Below, piece by piece: positions 41,418 through 50,978 of a DNA stretch of 64,000 nt. A program made the translations under genes and the position numbers. The DNA is from Isoptericola halotolerans (lineage in GTDB: Bacteria; Actinomycetota; Actinomycetes; Actinomycetales; Cellulomonadaceae): assembly GCF_013149785.1 (NCBI RefSeq), contig NZ_JABEZU010000002.1:1-64000 (forward strand), read 5' to 3'. How positions within the stretch are numbered: position 1 is the stretch's first letter; every line of letters begins with the position of its first letter. The notes beneath the pieces were generated by a model that made no database searches, had not been told where the DNA came from, and saw nothing but the letters and a program-made list of their open reading frames with translations.

Positions 41418-42341
41418 ATGAACACGCAGAGGTACGGAGTGGTGGTCGGGGTCGACGGTTCGTCGGCCGGGGTCCAGGCGCTCGAGTGGGCCGCCGCGGA
41501 GGCGGTCCGTCGCCGGGCACGGCTGACGGTGCTGACCGCCTACGAGGTGACCACGACGCCTCTGGTGGACGGCTACGGCTTCGGGCCCGAGGCGCTGCGG
41601 GCCGGCGCCGACGAGGTCCTCGACCACGCGAGGCAACACCTGGCCGACCTGCGGCGCCAACGGCCGGGCGCGGTGCCGGAGGCGGACGACGTCGACGGCG
41701 AGATCGTCGAGGGCGCTGCCGCCGGTGTGCTGGTCGAACGGTCTGCTGCCAGCGACCTGGTCGTCGTCGGGCGGCGCGGTCTGAACGCGCTGGACCGTAT
41801 CGTGCTCGGCTCGGTGTCCGCGGCGGTGCTCGCGATGTCTCGCGGTGCTGTCGCCGTCGTGCCGAACGACCCCGTCGCGCTGCAGTCGTCGTCCGCGGCC
41901 GACGTCGTGGGACCGGTGTGGCGGGTGGTCGCCGCGGTGGAGTTCGACGACCACCTGGGTCGCGTGCTCGACCGTGCCTTCGACGAGGCGCGCAGCGCGG
42001 GAGCGCCCCTGGTCGCCGTCCACGCGCTCACCGAGGAGTTCCTCGCCGGTCCGTACGCGATGGCCGGCGGGTGGGTGCACGAGTACCGCGACGAGGCGTT
42101 CGCCAGCCTGCACGACGAGATGAGGCGCTGGGAGGAGAAGTACCCGACGGTGCAGTGGACCGTCGAGGTCGAGCACGGCTCCAGCGGCGACGTCGTGGCC
42201 TCGCGGCTCGGCCGGCACGACCTGGTCGTGGTCGGCGGCCGTCGGCACTCCGCCGTGATGGGTCGCGTCCTGCGGTCCGTCGCCGACAAGCTCGGGCGAG
42301 AAGCACCCTGCCCGGTGATCGTGGCGCACGCCCAGTCGTGA
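41418..42341 (+). CDS. Tandem universal stress protein
   Basis: VVVGVDGS, LVVVGRRG...LGSVS, second domain ending APCPVIV. Confidence 0.93.
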   Translation: MNTQRYGVVVGVDGSSAGVQALEWAAAEAVRRRARLTVLTAYEVTTTPLVDGYGFGPEALRAGADEVLDHARQHLADLRRQRPGAVPEADDVDGEIVEGAAAGVLVERSAASDLVVVGRRGLNALDRIVLGSVSAAVLAMSRGAVAVVPNDPVALQSSSAADVVGPVWRVVAAVEFDDHLGRVLDRAFDEARSAGAPLVAVHALTEEFLAGPYAMAGGWVHEYRDEAFASLHDEMRRWEEKYPTVQWTVEVEHGSSGDVVASRLGRHDLVVVGGRRHSAVMGRVLRSVADKLGREAPCPVIVAHAQS

Positions 42342-42375
42342 TGTCCACGGGTCCCGCCTGACCACTTCCCCGAGG

Positions 42376-42936
42376 TCAGGCGGGACCTTCGCCGTCCCCG
42401 GTCAGGATCCGCTGGAAGAGCAGGTGGTCCTGCCAGCTCCCGGCGATGTGCAGGTACTGCGGGGCCAGGCCGATGCGTGCGAACCCGGCCTGCTCCAGCA
42501 CCCGCTGGGACGCCGTGTTGTGGACGAGGGTCGCCGCCTGGAGGCGATGGAGCCCCAGGTCGTCGCGGGCCAGGCCGACGGTCGCCCGCACGGCCGCGGT
42601 CATGATCCCCCGGCCGGCCAGCACGCCGTCGACCCAGTAGCCGAGGTGCCCGTTCTGGAAGGCGCCGCCGACGACGTCGGTGACGTTCACCCGGCCGACG
42701 ATCTCGCCGCTGCGGTCCAGCACCAGGGGCCACTGGCGTCCGGCCTCGTGCTCGCCGAGCGCGGCGAGGACCTGAGCCTCCTGGCGCGGGGGCGTGAAGA
42801 ACGCCTCCTTGCGCTCCGGCTCCCACGGGGCGAGGTGGGCACGGTTGCGGAGGTAGGCCCGGGCGAGCGCGGCCCCGTCACCGCGCCGCAGCAGACGCAG
42901 GCTGACGCCGTCGGGCAGCGTGAGGGGGAGCGGCAC
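42376..42936 (-). CDS. RimJ/RimL-family GNAT acetyltransferase
   Basis: RNRAHLAPWEP, LGYWVD, LHRLQA, NTASQRVL, IAGSWQDH. Confidence 0.9.
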   Translation of the reverse strand: MPLPLTLPDGVSLRLLRRGDGAALARAYLRNRAHLAPWEPERKEAFFTPPRQEAQVLAALGEHEAGRQWPLVLDRSGEIVGRVNVTDVVGGAFQNGHLGYWVDGVLAGRGIMTAAVRATVGLARDDLGLHRLQAATLVHNTASQRVLEQAGFARIGLAPQYLHIAGSWQDHLLFQRILTGDGEGPA

Positions 42937-42987
42937 GGCGGCGAGCCTAGCGTCAGGTGCCGCGCGGGGCCCGCCGCCGTGCAGGCG

Positions 42988-43569
42988 TCACGCGTCGCCG
43001 GGCTCCGAGCGCAGCCGGGGCTCGGTGCGCAGCGCCGGGTTGTACCCGGACTTGTCGGCGTAGAAGGCGCGCACGCGGTCCATGTCGGCGGTGACGTCCC
43101 CGGTGAGCTCCAGGGTGGGGCCGAGGCCCGTCGTCAGGGTGGTGCGGTCCACGTACCCGAGGGTCACGGGCAGGTGCGCCTCGCGCGCGATCCGGTAGAA
43201 GCCGGACTTCCAGCCGTCGCCCGAGCGGGTACCCTCCGGGGTGACCACCAGGTGGAAGACCTCGCCGCGGCCCACCCGCTCCAGGACGTCGTTCACCACG
43301 CGGGACGGGTCGCGCCGGTCCACGGGGATGCCGCCGAGGGCGCGCATCAGCGGACCCTTCCAGCCGTTGAACAGCGTGTGCTTGCCCAGCCAGCGGATGT
43401 CCATGTCGAGGCGCCACGAGATGGCGAGCATCAGCACGAAGTCCCAGTTGGAGGTGTGCGGGGCGCCGATGAGGATGCCGGAGCGCTCCGGCACGGGCTC
43501 GCTGCGCAGGGACCATCGGCTGAGCCGCCAGAAGAGACCGGCGAGGGCGCGGCGCAGCGAGGAGAGCAT
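42988..43569 (-). CDS. PlsC-family acyltransferase
   Basis: APHTSNWD (HX4D), GGIPVDR, TPEGTR, WKSGFY. Confidence 0.9.
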   Translation of the reverse strand: MLSSLRRALAGLFWRLSRWSLRSEPVPERSGILIGAPHTSNWDFVLMLAISWRLDMDIRWLGKHTLFNGWKGPLMRALGGIPVDRRDPSRVVNDVLERVGRGEVFHLVVTPEGTRSGDGWKSGFYRIAREAHLPVTLGYVDRTTLTTGLGPTLELTGDVTADMDRVRAFYADKSGYNPALRTEPRLRSEPGDA

Positions 43570-43578
43570 CGCCCGAGT

Positions 43579-44700
43579 TTAGTCGTGCGCCGCCGTGCCC
43601 GGTGCGACGCGGTCGGGGGCGGGATCGGCGTCGTCGACGGGGCCCGCAGCGGAACGTTCGAGCGTGCGGAACCTCTCGGCGATCTTGATGAGGATCGCCA
43701 CCACGGGGGTGGACAGCGCCGCCCCGAGCAGGCCGAACAGCGCCCCGCCGGCGATCGTCGAGCCCAGGATGACGATGGGGTGCATCTTCAGGGCGCCCTG
43801 GGTCATGAAGGTCTGGATGATCGTCTGGACCGCGTTCTGGGCGATGAGGATCACGGCGAGCATCACCAGCGCCGGCACGACGCCGCCGGAGCCGAGCGCG
43901 ATGAGGACGGCGAACGCGCCTGAGACGATCGCGCCGAGGAACGGCACGTAGGACGTGATGAACGTGACGACCGCGATCGTGAACGCCAGCGGCAGGTCCA
44001 GCAGCCAGGCGGCCGCGCCGACGAGGATCGACACGACGACGCTCGACACCGTCAGCGCCAGGAAGTAGCGACGCATCGCCCACGTGCCGTCGCCGATGAT
44101 CCCGGCGCCGACGTCCTCCGCGACGCCCACGTTGCGCGCGGTCCAGCGCATGAGCTGGTCCCAGTCGGCGAGGATGAAGTAGAGCAGGAAGAGCCCCACG
44201 AAGGTCCCCATCGCGAGCGCGGCGGTGCCGGAGAAGACGTTGCCGAGCTGTGCCGTGAAGCCGGACAGCAGCATGGTGCCCCACTCGGGGAGCCCGGCGG
44301 TCTCCCCGTCGGAGACGTCCGGCAGCGCGACGCCGAGGTCTCCGGCCCAGGCCCGGACGGCCTCGAAGCCCTCGGTGAGCTGGCTGCCGATCTCGGTGGC
44401 CTGCTGCACGACGCCGTGGACCGCCATGCCGACCGTCCCGACGGCCACGGCGAGCAGGCCGAGCAGGACGACGACGGCGGCGAGCGGCCGGGGCATCCAG
44501 CGGGCGAGCCGCGAGCACAGCGGGGCGAACAGCGCCCCGACGACGAGGGCGACGATCAGCGGGATGACGAGCCCGGAGATCATCGAGGTGCCGAGGTAGA
44601 CCGCGATGGCGGCGAGGGCCAGGCCCACGAAGGCCCAGGCGCGGCGTCCCCAGCGCTCGAGCGTGGACCGGCCCTGCCCGGCCAGGGTGTCAGCAGTCAT
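43579..44700 (-). CDS. AI-2E family transporter
   Basis: YVPFLGA, MHPIVILG...GLLGAALSTP; multiple TM helices. Confidence 0.88.
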   Translation of the reverse strand: MTADTLAGQGRSTLERWGRRAWAFVGLALAAIAVYLGTSMISGLVIPLIVALVVGALFAPLCSRLARWMPRPLAAVVVLLGLLAVAVGTVGMAVHGVVQQATEIGSQLTEGFEAVRAWAGDLGVALPDVSDGETAGLPEWGTMLLSGFTAQLGNVFSGTAALAMGTFVGLFLLYFILADWDQLMRWTARNVGVAEDVGAGIIGDGTWAMRRYFLALTVSSVVVSILVGAAAWLLDLPLAFTIAVVTFITSYVPFLGAIVSGAFAVLIALGSGGVVPALVMLAVILIAQNAVQTIIQTFMTQGALKMHPIVILGSTIAGGALFGLLGAALSTPVVAILIKIAERFRTLERSAAGPVDDADPAPDRVAPGTAAHD

Positions 44701-44762
44701 GCGCCGAACCTACCGTTCGCGCACCGCCGCCGGCCTCGCCGTCCGGGTCGCCCGCCGCCCCG

Positions 44763-45257
44763 TCAGGCGTTGTAGAAGGGGACGACCTGCTCGAGCCGGG
44801 ACCACGCGGCCCCGACGGGGTCGTCCGCGCCGTCGGTGGCCAGACCGAGGGCGTCCAGCATCACGTGCCAGCCGACGGCGAACTCCGGTGCCGGGCCCGA
44901 GGCCACGTCCGCATGGGTCAGCGTGAGCCGCGTGCCGCCGTCGTCGGCCTGCAGCTCCCAGCGCACCAGCGAGTCCGGCACGCCCTCCCAGACCCAGGTG
45001 TGCTCGAGCAGCCCGGGCTCGTCGACGGCGGTCACCTCGCCGGTGGCCGTGCCCTCCTCCCCGAAGTCGAAGAGGGCGGTGCCGCCGACGCGCGGCTCGA
45101 TGCGGCAGCCCGGCAGCCATCGCTGCAGGAGGTCCGGGTCGGTGAGCCAGGCCCAGGCGCGCTCGGGCGGCACGGGCAGGTGCCGGACGAACTGGATCTG
45201 CGCGGTCCCGGACGGGTCGAGACCCAGGGTGCCGCGGGCGGTGTCGAGCGTGGTCAT
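44763..45257 (-). CDS. SRPBCC/AHSA1-domain protein
   Basis: PPERAWAWLTDPDLLQRW, GTRLTLTH, GWHVMLD; ATGA overlap with ArsR. Confidence 0.88.
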   Translation of the reverse strand: MTTLDTARGTLGLDPSGTAQIQFVRHLPVPPERAWAWLTDPDLLQRWLPGCRIEPRVGGTALFDFGEEGTATGEVTAVDEPGLLEHTWVWEGVPDSLVRWELQADDGGTRLTLTHADVASGPAPEFAVGWHVMLDALGLATDGADDPVGAAWSRLEQVVPFYNA

Positions 45258-45589
45258 GGTGTGCCTCTCTGGTCGGGTGCTGCGCCGAGATCCTCGGCGG
45301 CGATCTCGCGCTCGAGCCGGTCGAGCGCGTCGTTCCAGCGGACTCGTTGTGCCTCGAGCCAGGAGCCCGCCTCGGCGAGAGCGTCGGCGTGCAGGGAGTA
45401 GCGGCGCTCGCGGCCGGTCCTGCGGACGATGAGGACACCGGCCGAGACCAGGGCGGTCAGGTGCTGGGACACGCCGGGGCGGGAGATGTCGAAGTGCGCG
45501 GCGATCTCGCCGGCGGTGCGTTCCTCGGAGGACACCAGCTCCACGATGCGGCGCCGGTGCGGTGCGCCGAGGGCCTCGAAGACGTCCAT
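45254..45589 (-). CDS. ArsR/SmtB-family regulator
   Basis: FEALGAPHRRRIV, SRPGVSQHL, GRERRYSL. Confidence 0.92.
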   Translation of the reverse strand: MDVFEALGAPHRRRIVELVSSEERTAGEIAAHFDISRPGVSQHLTALVSAGVLIVRRTGRERRYSLHADALAEAGSWLEAQRVRWNDALDRLEREIAAEDLGAAPDQRGTP

Positions 45590-45597
45590 GGGTATAT

Positions 45598-45613
45598 GTA
45601 AGCAGATTCTTAC
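45598..45613. promoter_or_regulatory. Putative ArsR autoregulatory operator
   Basis: AT-rich GTAAG-N6-CTTAC immediately upstream of the ArsR start codon. Confidence 0.55.
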
Positions 45614-45706
45614 GCGTTGTCGCGCCGGCTCGTCGGTCCGGTGCGATCAGCAGCGAGCCGGGCCGGGCGACCGGTGCGCCCGGGGCCGGCGTGCCAGGAT
45701 CAAGGC

Positions 45707-46375
45707 ATGGACAACGAGGCACGGTGGCGCGACGTCGACTCCCATCTCGTGGGCGAGCTCGTGGAGGAGGACGACGCGCTCGTCGGTGCCCGCGAGCTCG
45801 GGCGGGAACGAGGCCTGCCGGCCATCGAGGTCGCACCGAACCAGGGCGCGTTCCTCGCGCTCGTGGCGCAGATGACCGGCGCGCGACGGGTCCTGGAGCT
45901 GGGCACGCTCGCCGGGTACAGCACCATCTGGCTCGCGCGGGCCGTCGGACCCGAGGGCCGGGTGACCACCGTCGAGCTCGACCCGCGGCACGCAGCGGTG
46001 GCGCGGGAGAACCTCGACCGCGCCGGCCTGGCCTACCGGGTCGACGTCGAGGTCGGCCCGGCGCTCGACGTCCTGTCAGACCTGGTCGACGCGGGCAGCG
46101 ACCCGTACGACCTCGTGTTCATCGACGCCGACAAGGTGAACATGGCCGCCTACCTCGAGCTCGCGTTGCGGCTCACGCGGTCCGGGAGCGTGATCGTGGG
46201 TGACAACGTGGTGCGCCGCGGCGCCGTCGTCGACCCCACGAGCGACGACCCGAGCGTCTTGGGAGCGCGAGCGTTCCTGCACGCCCTCGGCAACGATCCT
46301 CGGCTGGAGGCGACGGCGCTGCAGACCGTCGGCTCGAAGGGTTGGGACGGGTTCGCGATCGCCCGCGTGTGCTGA
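45707..46375 (+). CDS. Class I SAM-dependent O-methyltransferase
   Basis: VLELGTLAGYST, DLVFIDADK, GDNVV, KGWDGF. Confidence 0.93.
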   Translation: MDNEARWRDVDSHLVGELVEEDDALVGARELGRERGLPAIEVAPNQGAFLALVAQMTGARRVLELGTLAGYSTIWLARAVGPEGRVTTVELDPRHAAVARENLDRAGLAYRVDVEVGPALDVLSDLVDAGSDPYDLVFIDADKVNMAAYLELALRLTRSGSVIVGDNVVRRGAVVDPTSDDPSVLGARAFLHALGNDPRLEATALQTVGSKGWDGFAIARVC

Positions 46376-46494
46376 GTCCACGCGACGCCCGTGCCAGATC
46401 TTCATCAGCTCTGATGCCAGAACTGCACCGGCCACGACAGGTCTTCGTGCTGCGCGCTCCGACCGCCTCGACCTGTTGAACCGGTCCGTAGGCT

Positions 46495-47553
46495 GTGTCC
46501 GTGGTGACGAGCGAGTGGACCCTGGCTGAGGCACGCCCGTTGTTCAGCATGCTCGAGCACCCACGCCCCGGTCACGGGATCCTCGGCGTCAGCGACCCCG
46601 ACGTCCACCTGCGCTCCGGGCGGTGGTCGATGTTCCTCGGCGCGTTCACGACCCGGTTCGTGGTCCGCATCGTCGAAGCCCGGCTTCCAGCGGGTGCCAA
46701 GGTCTCGGACGACTCCTGGCACTTGGTGACCGGACGCCGTCGCCGTGCGGTCGAGCTCGGTGCGCCACCTGACCGGCGTGCCTGGGACGCCGCGGGGATG
46801 CACACGCCGAGCTACGCCGTCGGCCGGGCAGAAGGCGAGACGGTGGAGCGGATCTACTACGCCGGGAGGCGCTCGCAGAAGATCACGGGTCCCGAGAGCC
46901 GCTACGCGATCGGTTGCCTCGAACACCGCGACGGCGCCTGGCGACGGCGCCCCGGCCCGGTCCTCACCGGCGACGCGGCACGGCCGAGCGTGCTGGAACC
47001 GTTCGTCGTCCACACCGACGGCCGGTGGCGGATGTGGTTCCTGTCGGCGATCGGCGAGACCGGACGCGGTGAGTGGCCGGACTACGAGCTGCGGTACACC
47101 GAGAGCGACGACGGCGTCCGCTGGGAGGCTCCGGAACGGTTCGCGTCGGTCGAGGAGGGGTTCTTCGACAACACGGTCGTCCGGGACGGCGCGTCGTGGC
47201 GCATGGTGCTCGCCCGCGGGACGAACCTGTACGGCACCGAGCCCTTCCCTCCCCAGGGTCTGTGGTCGACCGAGGCGGCCGCCAGCCCGGCCGGACGTCC
47301 CTCCTGGTCACCCGTGCAGCGGCTGTTGGATACCGACGCCGCTGCCGAGGACTGGTACGCGGCCGGTGTGTGCGGCCCGGCTGTGGTCACCGATGGCGAC
47401 GCCCTGCACGTGTTTGCCACCGGTACACACGCTCAGACCTCGTGGTGGAGGGCAACGGCACGCGGCCTGCGCCACGGCAGGCGGCCACCCGCGCCGGCCC
47501 CCTACTTCCTGACCACCGGGAGATTCACGTTCAGGCGAGCCCGCGCTCGATGA
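46495..47553 (+). CDS. Five-bladed beta-propeller glycoside hydrolase-like protein
   Basis: Five spaced blade-start motifs SDPDV, HTPSY, LEPFV, FDNTV, CGPAV; WRMWF and YTESDDGVRW. Confidence 0.6.
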   Translation: MSVVTSEWTLAEARPLFSMLEHPRPGHGILGVSDPDVHLRSGRWSMFLGAFTTRFVVRIVEARLPAGAKVSDDSWHLVTGRRRRAVELGAPPDRRAWDAAGMHTPSYAVGRAEGETVERIYYAGRRSQKITGPESRYAIGCLEHRDGAWRRRPGPVLTGDAARPSVLEPFVVHTDGRWRMWFLSAIGETGRGEWPDYELRYTESDDGVRWEAPERFASVEEGFFDNTVVRDGASWRMVLARGTNLYGTEPFPPQGLWSTEAAASPAGRPSWSPVQRLLDTDAAAEDWYAAGVCGPAVVTDGDALHVFATGTHAQTSWWRATARGLRHGRRPPAPAPYFLTTGRFTFRRARAR

Positions 47554-48754
47554 TGCGCGCGGTGGCCGCAGCGCCGTCCGCGCCCGCGTAGGCCTCCCGC
47601 ACCTCGGCGGCGGCCGTCCGCACGGCGGGGTCGAACAGCGCGCGGTGCACCGCCGTGCGGAAGGCCTGGGTGCTCACGCGTCGGGGCGGGACCGCGACGG
47701 CGTTGCCGCGCTCGGCGCACCGGCGCACGTTCCACGTCTGTTCCGGCTGCAGGCCCATGCCGACGAACGGCACCCCGGTGGCGCACGCCGTCTGGACGGT
47801 GCCCTGCCCGCCGTGCAGGACGGCAGCGCCGACCAGGCCGCCGAGGCGGTGAGCGGGCAGCAGGTCCGTGACGTGCACGTTCGGGGGCAGGACGTCGTCG
47901 TCCTCGAGGTAGTGCCGCACGGGCGCGACGACGTTGACCGGCAGCCGACCGAGGGCCCGTGCTGCCTTGAGCACCAGGTCCCGGCTCGCGGACGACCCGA
48001 GCCCGAGGTAGACCAGCGGCTCCGGCGCAGCGGCCAGCTCCTCGACGACCGGCGGCAGTGGTGCGTCGAGGTGGGCGAAGATCGGGCCGACCCGCTCGAA
48101 GTCGTGCGGCAGGTCGAACCCGTCGAGCTCCCAGTCCATCTCGGTGAGCAGGTTGTGGTCCGCGCGCAGCAGCGAGGCCGCGGTCCGCAGCTCGGGCACG
48201 TCGTTCTCCCGGGCGACTGTCGTGAACGCCCGCGGCGCGAGCGGCGCGGCGGTGTATACCCAGCGGAAGGCCGACGTCGCCGCTCGATCAGCACGACGGG
48301 CCGCACCGCTCGTGCCGTCGACGAACCTCATCCGCGGCGTCTGCTCGACCTGCGGAGCCGTCAGCGCGAACGGGACGGGGTAGAACAGCGGGACGCCCTC
48401 CGCCCGCGCCGAGAGGAAGGACGTGAGGTTGGAACCGGTCACGACGGCGCGGGCGCCGGTCCTGCGGATCACCAGGCGCTCGACCGCCACGCGCTCACGC
48501 ACCAGCTCCGTGGTGAACGGGCTGCGGAACGCTCGCCCCTGGTCGAAGGCCAGCGCCTGGTCGCGCTGCGCCCGGTCCCAGGCGGGCAGGCACGCACGGT
48601 AGGGGAAGCCGGCGTCGCGGACCAGGTCGACGTAGTCGTGCTCGTACCCCATGAAGACCGGTGAGTGCGCAGGGTCCAGGGCGCGGGCGACCTGGATCAT
48701 CCGGGTGGTCTCGGCCAGGTTGAACATCACCGGGCAGAACAGGACGGTGCTCAC
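47531..48754 (-). CDS. GT-B fold glycosyltransferase (GT1/GT28-like)
   Basis: GTG with AAGGAGG RBS; YLGLGSS, LHGGQGTV, GVPFVG...PEQ. Confidence 0.85.
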   Translation of the reverse strand: MSTVLFCPVMFNLAETTRMIQVARALDPAHSPVFMGYEHDYVDLVRDAGFPYRACLPAWDRAQRDQALAFDQGRAFRSPFTTELVRERVAVERLVIRRTGARAVVTGSNLTSFLSARAEGVPLFYPVPFALTAPQVEQTPRMRFVDGTSGAARRADRAATSAFRWVYTAAPLAPRAFTTVARENDVPELRTAASLLRADHNLLTEMDWELDGFDLPHDFERVGPIFAHLDAPLPPVVEELAAAPEPLVYLGLGSSASRDLVLKAARALGRLPVNVVAPVRHYLEDDDVLPPNVHVTDLLPAHRLGGLVGAAVLHGGQGTVQTACATGVPFVGMGLQPEQTWNVRRCAERGNAVAVPPRRVSTQAFRTAVHRALFDPAVRTAAAEVREAYAGADGAAATARIIERGLA

Positions 48755-48777
48755 AGGTGCCTCCTTCGGGTGGTGCC

Positions 48778-50427
48778 TCAGGGAGTGTCGCGCTCGTCGT
48801 CCGCCCCGAGGCGGTCGGTGATGCGGTCCAGCACCGCGGCGGTGGCCGCGGCGTACGGCTCGATGACGACGTCGGCGTCGGTCGCCTCCAGGCGCCGCGC
48901 GTCGCGGGCCGACAGCGCGGTCAGGGCGACGTGCCCCGGGTAGCCGTGGTGGCGCAGGGCGTGCAGCAGGGTGAGGTTCGCGTCGGACGACGGGACGGTG
49001 CACACCACCCAGCGCGCCTGGGCGAGGGGCAGCGACTCCAGGAGGTCGATGTCCTCCGCGCTGCCGAAGACCGCCGTGACACCGCGACGGTTCCAGGCGT
49101 TGACGATGTCGGGGTCGAAGTCCACCGCGACGACGGACGTCCCGGTGGTCGTGAGCCGGTCCACGAGCTGCCCGCCGAGCCGGCCGAGGCCGTAGACGAG
49201 GATGTCGGCGTCCGGCGTCTCGTCGGGGACCGTGTGCCGGCGGGCGGAGTCACGCTGGAAGATCCCCAGCACCGGTTGCAGCTTCTCGAACAGCGGTTGG
49301 GAGTACAGGATCATGTAGGTCGAGGCACCGATGGTGATCAGCCCGACGACGGTGATGAGGCTCACCGTCACGGAGGTGATGTGCCCCAGGCTGAGCCCGA
49401 GCGCCGCGAGGATCAAGGAGAACTCGCTGATCTGGGCGACGGTCAGCCCGGCCTTGAACGACACCCGCACCGGGTATCCCATGAACCCCATGATGACCAG
49501 CACGATGAGCGGGTTCCCCACGAGGACGAACGCCGACAGCACGGCGGCCTCGCCGAGCTGTCGCGAGGCGTCGGCGAACTCCAGCTGCGCACCGAGCGCC
49601 AGGAAGAAGAACAGCAGGAGGAAGTCGCGCAGGCTCACCAGCCGTGCACCGATGGCCTCACGGAACGGGGTGGAGGCCAGGGACATCCCGGCGAGGAACG
49701 CGCCGACCTCGGTGCTGAACCCGAGCCAGGCGCTCGTCGCGGCGATCGAGACCGCCCAGGCGATCGCGAAGAGCACGAGCAGCTCCTGGGAGCGGGCCAC
49801 GTGGGGGAGCAGGCGGGGGATCACGTACCGCATGGTCAGGGCGACCCCGGCCAGCAGCGCGACACCCTTGCCGATCACGAGGACGACGTCGAGCGCGACG
49901 TTGTCGCTGGTCTCCTGCCCGAAGGCGGTCAGGGCGATCATCACGAGGACCACGACGAGGTCCTGCACGATGAGGAAGCCGACGGCGATGCGCCCGTGCA
50001 GCTCGTCGATCTCGCGCTTGTCCGACAGCAGCTTGACGATGATGATCGTCGAGGAGAACGTCAGGGCCACCGCGACGTAGATCGCCGTGACGTGGTCCAT
50101 GCCGAGCGCCAGGGCGATGCCGTACCCGATCGCCGCGGTGAAGGCCACCTGTCCGAGGCCGGTGGCGAGGGCGACCGGACCGGTGGTGCGGATGAGGTGG
50201 AGGTCGAGCTTCAGGCCCACCAGGAACAGCAGGATCGTGATCCCGAGGTGCCCCAGCAGCTCGATCTCCTCGATGTCGGTGGCCCACCCCGTGCCCACCG
50301 GGCCGACCAGGATCCCGACGCCGATGAACGAGACGATCAGCGGCTGACGCAGCCGTGTCGCGACCAGGCCCACGAGTGCCGCCACCGCGAGGATCGCGGC
50401 CAGCAGCGAGAGGTCCTGCCCGGTCAT
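48778..50427 (-). CDS. CPA2 (Kef-type) cation:proton antiporter with TrkA-N domain
   Basis: [24 protein letters not shown]-terminal GLGRLG Rossmann motif. Confidence 0.92.
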   Translation of the reverse strand: MTGQDLSLLAAILAVAALVGLVATRLRQPLIVSFIGVGILVGPVGTGWATDIEEIELLGHLGITILLFLVGLKLDLHLIRTTGPVALATGLGQVAFTAAIGYGIALALGMDHVTAIYVAVALTFSSTIIIVKLLSDKREIDELHGRIAVGFLIVQDLVVVLVMIALTAFGQETSDNVALDVVLVIGKGVALLAGVALTMRYVIPRLLPHVARSQELLVLFAIAWAVSIAATSAWLGFSTEVGAFLAGMSLASTPFREAIGARLVSLRDFLLLFFFLALGAQLEFADASRQLGEAAVLSAFVLVGNPLIVLVIMGFMGYPVRVSFKAGLTVAQISEFSLILAALGLSLGHITSVTVSLITVVGLITIGASTYMILYSQPLFEKLQPVLGIFQRDSARRHTVPDETPDADILVYGLGRLGGQLVDRLTTTGTSVVAVDFDPDIVNAWNRRGVTAVFGSAEDIDLLESLPLAQARWVVCTVPSSDANLTLLHALRHHGYPGHVALTALSARDARRLEATDADVVIEPYAAATAAVLDRITDRLGADDERDTP

Positions 50428-50506
50428 CGGGCGACACCTCCCTCTGCAGCCGACCGTCGTGGAACCACCGTCCCATCACTGCGGTGACTCGGCAGGCCGA
50501 GGAGGT

Positions 50507-50860
50507 TCAGCCCTGCTCGTGCCCGAGCACGACGGCGCGCCAGGCGCCGTCACGGTCGGCGCCCGTCGCGGTGACCCGGACCTCGGTGACCTCGGTCACC
50601 GAGAGCGACTCCTCGTGCGCGTCCGGGCCGCCGGGGACATCGGTGACCGTGCGCGAAGAGCCGCTCCCCGTCCCGTCCATGTGCACGGTGAACTCCAAGG
50701 TCCCCTCGCCCAGGCAGGTCAGCCGGACTCCCGTGATCGTGGCCGGTGCGTCGTACGCCAGGGAGATGCCGTCGGTGTCGGCCGGTGCCGGATCCGACCT
50801 GCCGACCAGCGACGACAGGGACCCGAGCTCGTCGTCCGCCGCCTCGGGCCCCTGGGACAT
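50507..50860 (-). CDS. Hypothetical beta-rich protein, possibly 5'-truncated
   Basis: Protein-like acidic, beta-strand-rich frame; extends upstream to ACSPPADND without a signal peptide or clear start. Confidence 0.45.
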   Translation of the reverse strand: MSQGPEAADDELGSLSSLVGRSDPAPADTDGISLAYDAPATITGVRLTCLGEGTLEFTVHMDGTGSGSSRTVTDVPGGPDAHEESLSVTEVTEVRVTATGADRDGAWRAVVLGHEQG

Positions 50861-50978
50861 CCACCGGGCGATCTCGTCGGGGTCGTTGTCGGCGGGTGGT
50901 GAGCAGGCGGGTGAACCGGGTGCGCTTGGCGTCAGGGACACTGGGGGCAGCAGCTTTTTCCGAGACAAGGAGTTCACA

